Under the pieces are notes generated by a model. The model searched no databases and was not told the origin of the DNA. It saw nothing but the letters and a program-made list of their open reading frames with translations. Both the position numbers and the translations under genes were made by a program. A stretch of 64,000 nt of DNA from an uncultured Leptospirales bacterium (GTDB lineage Bacteria; Spirochaetota; UBA4802; JAFGDQ01): NCBI GenBank assembly GCA_964626055.1, contig CAZVDF010000005.1, positions 6,057-70,056 of the forward strand, given 5' to 3'. Positions within the stretch are counted from its first letter, which is position 1. Each line of letters opens with the position of its first letter. Below, piece by piece: positions 59,320 to 64,000 of the stretch.

Positions 59320-59916
59320 ATGAATCTGGCACTTTTTGATTTCGACGGGACAATAACCCGGAAAGATACTTTTACGGATTTTTTATTTTTTGCAGCAAAT
59401 TGGAAAAGACTCGTATCCGGATTTATCCTTCTGGCTCCTGTATTTTTGTGTTATAAGCTGGGAATAATTTCAGCTTCCAGAGCGCGGCAAATCGCCTACT
59501 TTTATGCTTTTAAAGGCCAAACTTTTGAGTATATCCGGTCTATGGGATTAAAATATGCGGAGTCGGTAATTCCGAAGTATGTAAAATCTGAAGCATTAAA
59601 AAGAATTGAATGGCATAGATCGCAGGGACATAATATTGTTGTTGTCTCAGCATCTATTGATGTATATCTGAAACCATGGTGCGATAAGAACAGGCTGGAT
59701 CTTATTTGTACAAGCTTCGAAGTTGATAAAGGTATTCTTACAGGAAAATATTTACACGGCGACTGCAGCGGAAAAGAAAAAGCAAAGAGAATAAAAGAGA
59801 AGTATGATACTAAATCCTATAAAATCATATACGCCTATGGCGACTCTTCTGATGACAGTGAGATGCTGGATATGGCAGATATTAAGTATTTTCGTGGTAA
59901 ACAGATAGATAATTAA
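59320..59916 (+). CDS. HAD-superfamily hydrolase (subfamily IB-like)
   Basis: Motif I LFDFDGTIT, motif II VVVSAS and motif IV GDSSDD. Confidence 0.7.
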   Translation: MNLALFDFDGTITRKDTFTDFLFFAANWKRLVSGFILLAPVFLCYKLGIISASRARQIAYFYAFKGQTFEYIRSMGLKYAESVIPKYVKSEALKRIEWHRSQGHNIVVVSASIDVYLKPWCDKNRLDLICTSFEVDKGILTGKYLHGDCSGKEKAKRIKEKYDTKSYKIIYAYGDSSDDSEMLDMADIKYFRGKQIDN

Positions 59917-60015
59917 AATCTTATCATTTTATCGTGGTGTTAAATATTAACTTAGAGTGCGTCCTAAAATTCTTATACTTTTTTATGCTGTATATAAGCA
60001 ACAATCGTTGGCAAA

Positions 60016-60095
60016 GGGATATATCATAAATCAATTTAAATTCCTGCGGAACTCGGCCTAGAGCCTCAGACAGTCCTCGGAACTATGATATGTCC
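60016..60095. other. Conserved 42-nt core, copy 2, inside an imperfect inverted repeat
   Basis: The core ttcctgcggaactcggcct-aga-gcctcagacagtcctcggaa (60041-60082) matches copy 1 in 39 of 42 positions, the three differences being the central trinucleotide. It is flanked by gggatatatcata / tatgatatgtcc. Confidence 0.45.
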
Positions 60096-60185
60096 AAATA
60101 TCGCTAATTGCCTTTTAGAGGTTTTGGATGCATTCTTAGTAAAAGTCAATCACCATGAGTTATTAAGTATAAATTTGGATGATAA

Positions 60186-61979
60186 ATGGCGCTTATAAAT
60201 TTTCAAAATATCTCTCTTGCCTTCGGTGATATATCAATACTCGATAGTGTGGATATTCAGATCCATAAGGATGAAAAAATATGCCTGCTCGGAAGGAACG
60301 GTTCCGGAAAATCCACAATGATGAAACTCATTAACGGCGATCTGGATCCTGATTCCGGAACGATTTTCCGCGAGAAAGGATTGAAAACCGCTCTTCTGCC
60401 GCAGGAAGTCCCGCGCGGGATATCGGGCTCCGTATACTCCATTATTGCATCCGGAACTGTCGATCACGATTCAATGCTTCATCATCTCGATAAATTTGAG
60501 GAGCAGAAAATCAGGATGCAGATTGAAAAAACAATATCCCTTATGAATCTTGATCCGGAACTTCTTTTTGAAAATCTTTCAGCTGGAATGAAGAGAAGGG
60601 TAATGCTGGGTCGCGCGCTTGCGATTGAACCCGATGTTATTCTTCTCGATGAACCGACGAATCATCTTGATATCGGTTCAATAAGATGGCTTGAAGATTC
60701 CCTCTCGAGATATGATAAAACAATATTTTTTGTAACTCATGACCGCGCTTTTCTGCAAAAGATAGCCGATCGCATAATCGAGCTCGACAGGGGCAAGATC
60801 TTCGACTGGAAATGCGACTACCGGACATTTCTGCAAAGAAAGGACGCATGGCTGGAATCCGAAGAGATACGCAATGCCGGGTTCGATAAAAAGCTCGCGC
60901 AGGAAGAAGCATGGATAAGACGCGGCGTAAAGGCGCGCCGCAGGAGGAATGAGGGCAGGGTAAGGGAACTCATGAAGATGAGGGAAGAGAGAGCCGCCCG
61001 CAAAGAGAGAGCAGGGAGTGTTCGCATGGAAATGCAGAAAGCGGAAAATTCCGGCAGGATGATAATAGAAGCAACAGATATTTCTTTCGGATACACCGAT
61101 GTAAAGCTTTTCTCGAAATTTTCAGCCAGAATAATGAGGGGCGACCGCATAGGAATTGTCGGGCCTAACGGATGCGGCAAAAGCACGCTCATGAAAACTC
61201 TGCTGAGTGAACTTGAGCCTCAGACCGGTAATGTGCGTATCGGCACGGGAATTCAAAAAGCGTATTTTGATCAGCTGCGAAACCAGCTCGACGATGACCT
61301 CTCAATAAAAGAGAATGTTCTGGATGGAGGGGATGTAATTGAATTCAACGGCAGGAAGAGACATGTGATAGGATATCTCGAAGATTTTCTTTTCCCACCC
61401 GACAGGGTTGACATGCCGGTAAAGGTTCTGTCCGGAGGCGAAAAGAACAGGCTTCTGCTCGCAAAACTTTTTACAAGACCCTCTAATTTTCTTGTCATGG
61501 ATGAACCGACAAATGATCTTGACATCGAAACGATTGAACTTCTGGAAGAAATCCTTCTTGAATACGACGGGACTCTGCTTCTGGTAAGCCATGACAGGGC
61601 ATTCCTTAATAATGTCGTTACAGGAATATTTGCATTCGAGGGTAAGTCCGTTGTCAGGGAATATGCCGGAGGCTACGACGACTGGCTTTCCCAAAAGGCT
61701 AATGAAACAGTAAAGGGAGTAAAACAAAAAAAGAATTTTGCAGCAAAAAAGACAAACGAAAAGACAAAACTGACTTTCAAAGAAAAAAAAGAGCTGGAGT
61801 CTATTCCGCAGGAAATAGAAGAAAAAGAAAAAAGAAAGCATGAGATATTTGCTTTAATGGCTGATCCTGTATTTTATCAGGAAAGCGGTTCAAAGATTGC
61901 TGAAATAAAAGAGGAACTGGAAGAGCTTGAGAAAGACCTCGTGTTTCTTTTTGCCAGATGGGAAGAACTGGAGTCGTGA
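60186..61979 (+). CDS. ABC-F family ATPase (Uup/EttA-like, two ABC domains, no TMD)
   Basis: Two Walker A motifs (GRNGSGKST, GPNGCGKST), two LSGGEK/LSAGMK signatures, an inter-domain linker and a C-terminal coiled-coil tail. Confidence 0.85.
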   Translation: MALINFQNISLAFGDISILDSVDIQIHKDEKICLLGRNGSGKSTMMKLINGDLDPDSGTIFREKGLKTALLPQEVPRGISGSVYSIIASGTVDHDSMLHHLDKFEEQKIRMQIEKTISLMNLDPELLFENLSAGMKRRVMLGRALAIEPDVILLDEPTNHLDIGSIRWLEDSLSRYDKTIFFVTHDRAFLQKIADRIIELDRGKIFDWKCDYRTFLQRKDAWLESEEIRNAGFDKKLAQEEAWIRRGVKARRRRNEGRVRELMKMREERAARKERAGSVRMEMQKAENSGRMIIEATDISFGYTDVKLFSKFSARIMRGDRIGIVGPNGCGKSTLMKTLLSELEPQTGNVRIGTGIQKAYFDQLRNQLDDDLSIKENVLDGGDVIEFNGRKRHVIGYLEDFLFPPDRVDMPVKVLSGGEKNRLLLAKLFTRPSNFLVMDEPTNDLDIETIELLEEILLEYDGTLLLVSHDRAFLNNVVTGIFAFEGKSVVREYAGGYDDWLSQKANETVKGVKQKKNFAAKKTNEKTKLTFKEKKELESIPQEIEEKEKRKHEIFALMADPVFYQESGSKIAEIKEELEELEKDLVFLFARWEELES

Positions 61980-62073
61980 GTTCAGCCGGTTAAGCTTCTA
62001 TAATAAATTTAATTTTAAGATGACTTATAAAGAAAATAGGTTGACAAAACGTATCCCATAGAATACATTTAAT

Positions 62074-62364
62074 ATGATAGAGATCAGACAAACAGAAACA
62101 TATAAGAAATGGTTCTCTTCCTTAAGAGACAGAAATGCAAAAATTCGGATTGATATTAGAATTAGAAGACTTTCTCTGGGTAATTATGGAAACGCAAAGC
62201 CTGTAGGAGCTGGAATATCGGAATTAAGAATTAATTACGGCCCGGGTTATAGAATATATTATATAAGAACGGATAATGAAATAATAATTCTGCTGGCAGG
62301 CGGCGATAAATCGACCCAATCAAGGGATATAAAGAAAGCGAAAGAGATTAGAGGTGTGATATGA
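62074..62364 (+). CDS. Type II toxin, RelE/ParE superfamily (HigB-like, COG3657 addiction-module killer)
   Basis: 96 aa. Pattern FSSLRDRNAKIRIDIRIRRLSLGNYGNAKPVGAGISELRINYGPGYRIYY. It overlaps the downstream gene by 4 nt. Confidence 0.7.
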   Translation: MIEIRQTETYKKWFSSLRDRNAKIRIDIRIRRLSLGNYGNAKPVGAGISELRINYGPGYRIYYIRTDNEIIILLAGGDKSTQSRDIKKAKEIRGVI

Positions 62365-62666
62365 AAAAAGAAAAAATAAGCATATGGGATGCTGCAGAGC
62401 ACCTTGAAACTGAAAAAGATATGGCCGCATATTTAGAAGCAGCATTGGAAGAAAATGACCCTTCACTAATTGCAGCTGCGTTGGGTGACATCGCGAGGGC
62501 TAAAGGAATGTCACGAATATCGAAGCGGACAGGACTTGGCAGGGAAAGCCTGTACAAAGCATTATCACCGGAGGGAAATCCTGAATTTTCTACAATACTA
62601 AAAGTTGTCAATGCTTTGGGATTAAAATTTCAGGCTGTTCCTGGAAAAATTAAATCTGCGGTTTAA
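62361..62666 (+). CDS. Cognate antitoxin (HigA-like / COG3636 addiction-module antidote, HTH)
   Basis: 101 aa. WDAAEHLETEKDMAAYLEAALEE...IAAALGDIARAKGMSRISKRTGLGRESLYKAL is the HTH core of this antidote family. Confidence 0.7.
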   Translation: MKKEKISIWDAAEHLETEKDMAAYLEAALEENDPSLIAAALGDIARAKGMSRISKRTGLGRESLYKALSPEGNPEFSTILKVVNALGLKFQAVPGKIKSAV

Positions 62667-62680
62667 CATGCTTTAATATC

Positions 62681-63742
62681 ATGAAAGACTCTCTAAAACA
62701 GAAAATATACAATAATAAGCGCATAAACCCAAAAGAAGCGCTTAAGCTTTTAAGCTGGGACATACTTGAACTCGGCAAAGCTGCGGATTACAGGCGACGC
62801 ATTATTTTCCCTGAAGAGGATGTAGGATTTATAATAGACCGCATTATCAACTACAGCAATATCTGCGAGGCTAAGTGCAACTTCTGCGCATTCCATGCAA
62901 AGGCAGGCAGAATGGATCCGTACGAGCTAACCATAGAAGAGATCCTTCGTAAAGCAGAAGAACTTGCCAATGCCGGCGGTAGTCAGATTATGCTCCAGGG
63001 CGGCCTGCATCCGGACTATATACTCGATAATTATATCGAAATGGTAAAAGCCGTCAAGTCCCGCTTCCCGAATATCAAGCTGCATTCTTTTTCTCCGTCG
63101 GAGCTTTTGCATATTGCGAAAAAGTCAAAACTTGATGTGGATGAAGTTCTTTATGTTTTACAATCGGCCGGGCTCGATTCAGTACCCGGGGCCTCGGATC
63201 TTCTGGTGGATAAAATCCGTAAAAAAGCGTGCCCGAAAAAGATAAAAACATCCGAATGGAAGAATGTAATGCTGGCTCTAAAAAAGCATAACATGTTCTC
63301 TTCCGCTACTATGACTTACGGCATGGGAGAAAGTCTTGCAGACAGGGTGGAACATTTAAATATCGTACGAAATGTCCAGGACAGCACAGGGATAATACGC
63401 GCGTTCATTCCGTGGTCGTTTTCTCCTGCGCATACGCAAATGGAGAATATTACGCCTGCTACAGGAGTCGATTATCTTAAAATCGTAGCTGTATCAAGAA
63501 TATTCCTGGATAACGTCGTTTACATACAGGCAGGCTGGCTGACCGAAGGTTTAAAGATTGCTCAGGTTGCCCTTGCTATGGGAGCGAATGACATGGGAGG
63601 AGTACTTACGGAAGAGGTTGTCGTAAAGTCAACCGGGATTGAGACCCGTGCCGGCAAACAGGAATTTATTGACTTAATCAGGAACGCGGGTAAAGTGCCT
63701 GTCGAAAGAAACTCGGCCTATGAAGTTATAAAAAAATACTAG
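62681..63742 (+). CDS. Radical SAM menaquinone biosynthesis enzyme, MqnE/MqnC family (second paralog)
   Basis: CEAKCNFCAF CxxxCxxC motif. Same architecture as the 53565-54653 gene (NYSNICE, YIQAGW). Confidence 0.75.
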   Translation: MKDSLKQKIYNNKRINPKEALKLLSWDILELGKAADYRRRIIFPEEDVGFIIDRIINYSNICEAKCNFCAFHAKAGRMDPYELTIEEILRKAEELANAGGSQIMLQGGLHPDYILDNYIEMVKAVKSRFPNIKLHSFSPSELLHIAKKSKLDVDEVLYVLQSAGLDSVPGASDLLVDKIRKKACPKKIKTSEWKNVMLALKKHNMFSSATMTYGMGESLADRVEHLNIVRNVQDSTGIIRAFIPWSFSPAHTQMENITPATGVDYLKIVAVSRIFLDNVVYIQAGWLTEGLKIAQVALAMGANDMGGVLTEEVVVKSTGIETRAGKQEFIDLIRNAGKVPVERNSAYEVIKKY

Positions 63743-64000
63743 AAGCCATTTTAAAATTTTTTTTTGCTGATCAATCGGGATATATCATAAAATTTTTGAG
63801 GAGCCTTTCAGACCTGATGGAAATGCGCTCGAAAACATCAAAGACTGGCCAGGAAGATCTGATTCCGCAGAAAATTTTTGATATATCCCGATTGATCGAT
63901 AAACATTAAAATGTATCAAAAATTTGGAGATGGCTTTTAGTAACCATTTAAAAGGTTTTTAGCTACATTCTTAATTTTTAATTTCAAAGATAATATCAGA

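Noticed and set aside
62074-62666. Toxin-antitoxin pair as a novel system
   Set aside because: It matches the well-known HigB/HigA-like (COG3657/COG3636) addiction module. It is annotated as a feature, not as a novelty.

Overview
This is a chromosomal window from a low-GC diderm bacterium that I cannot assign to a taxon. It is densely coding, about 60 CDSs, mostly on the + strand. The first ~24 kb are core envelope and housekeeping genes. Positions 1-4926 carry bamA (5' partial), skp, lpxD, lpxA (with no fabZ between them), an L,D-transpeptidase and yajC. Then come secD and secF, ribD and ribE, an ankyrin protein, a lipase-like hydrolase, a Gfo/Idh/MocA oxidoreductase, a J-domain/LRR fusion, a methyltransferase, asnS and cca. 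The middle holds a beta-oxidation-like trio (OYE/FAD reductase, ferredoxin, enoyl-CoA hydratase), mtnP, a solitary Cas6-like gene with no CRISPR array or other cas genes, and a purine (NCS2) permease. An unusual three-gene envelope module follows at 29.6-33 kb: an outer-membrane beta-barrel fused to a long coiled coil and a Cys-rich domain, a MotA/TolQ/ExbB-like channel, and an ExbD/TolR-like anchor fused to a VWA domain. Signalling and other genes come next: a response-regulator/PAS/GGDEF protein, a PAS histidine kinase, a MoxR-like AAA+ ATPase with a VWA partner, xth, two methyltransferases, acs and a MORN protein. The last ~13 kb are a futalosine-pathway menaquinone cluster (UbiD-like, UbiA-like, mqnC/E, mqnA/D, mqnE/C). 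That cluster is split by inserted material: a codon-atypical 4Fe-4S gene bracketed by ~147-bp direct repeats, a B12-radical SAM gene, a HAD hydrolase, an ABC-F ATPase and a toxin-antitoxin pair. Several small repeat families are visible: two ~130-bp palindromic elements with near-perfect terminal inverted repeats, two GC-rich inverted-repeat elements flanking mqnC, a conserved 42-nt core inside inverted-repeat stems at two loci, and a GC-rich multi-hairpin intergenic element. I found no rRNA, tRNA or CRISPR array. Every call rests on motif-level reading of the supplied ORF translations and the raw sequence.
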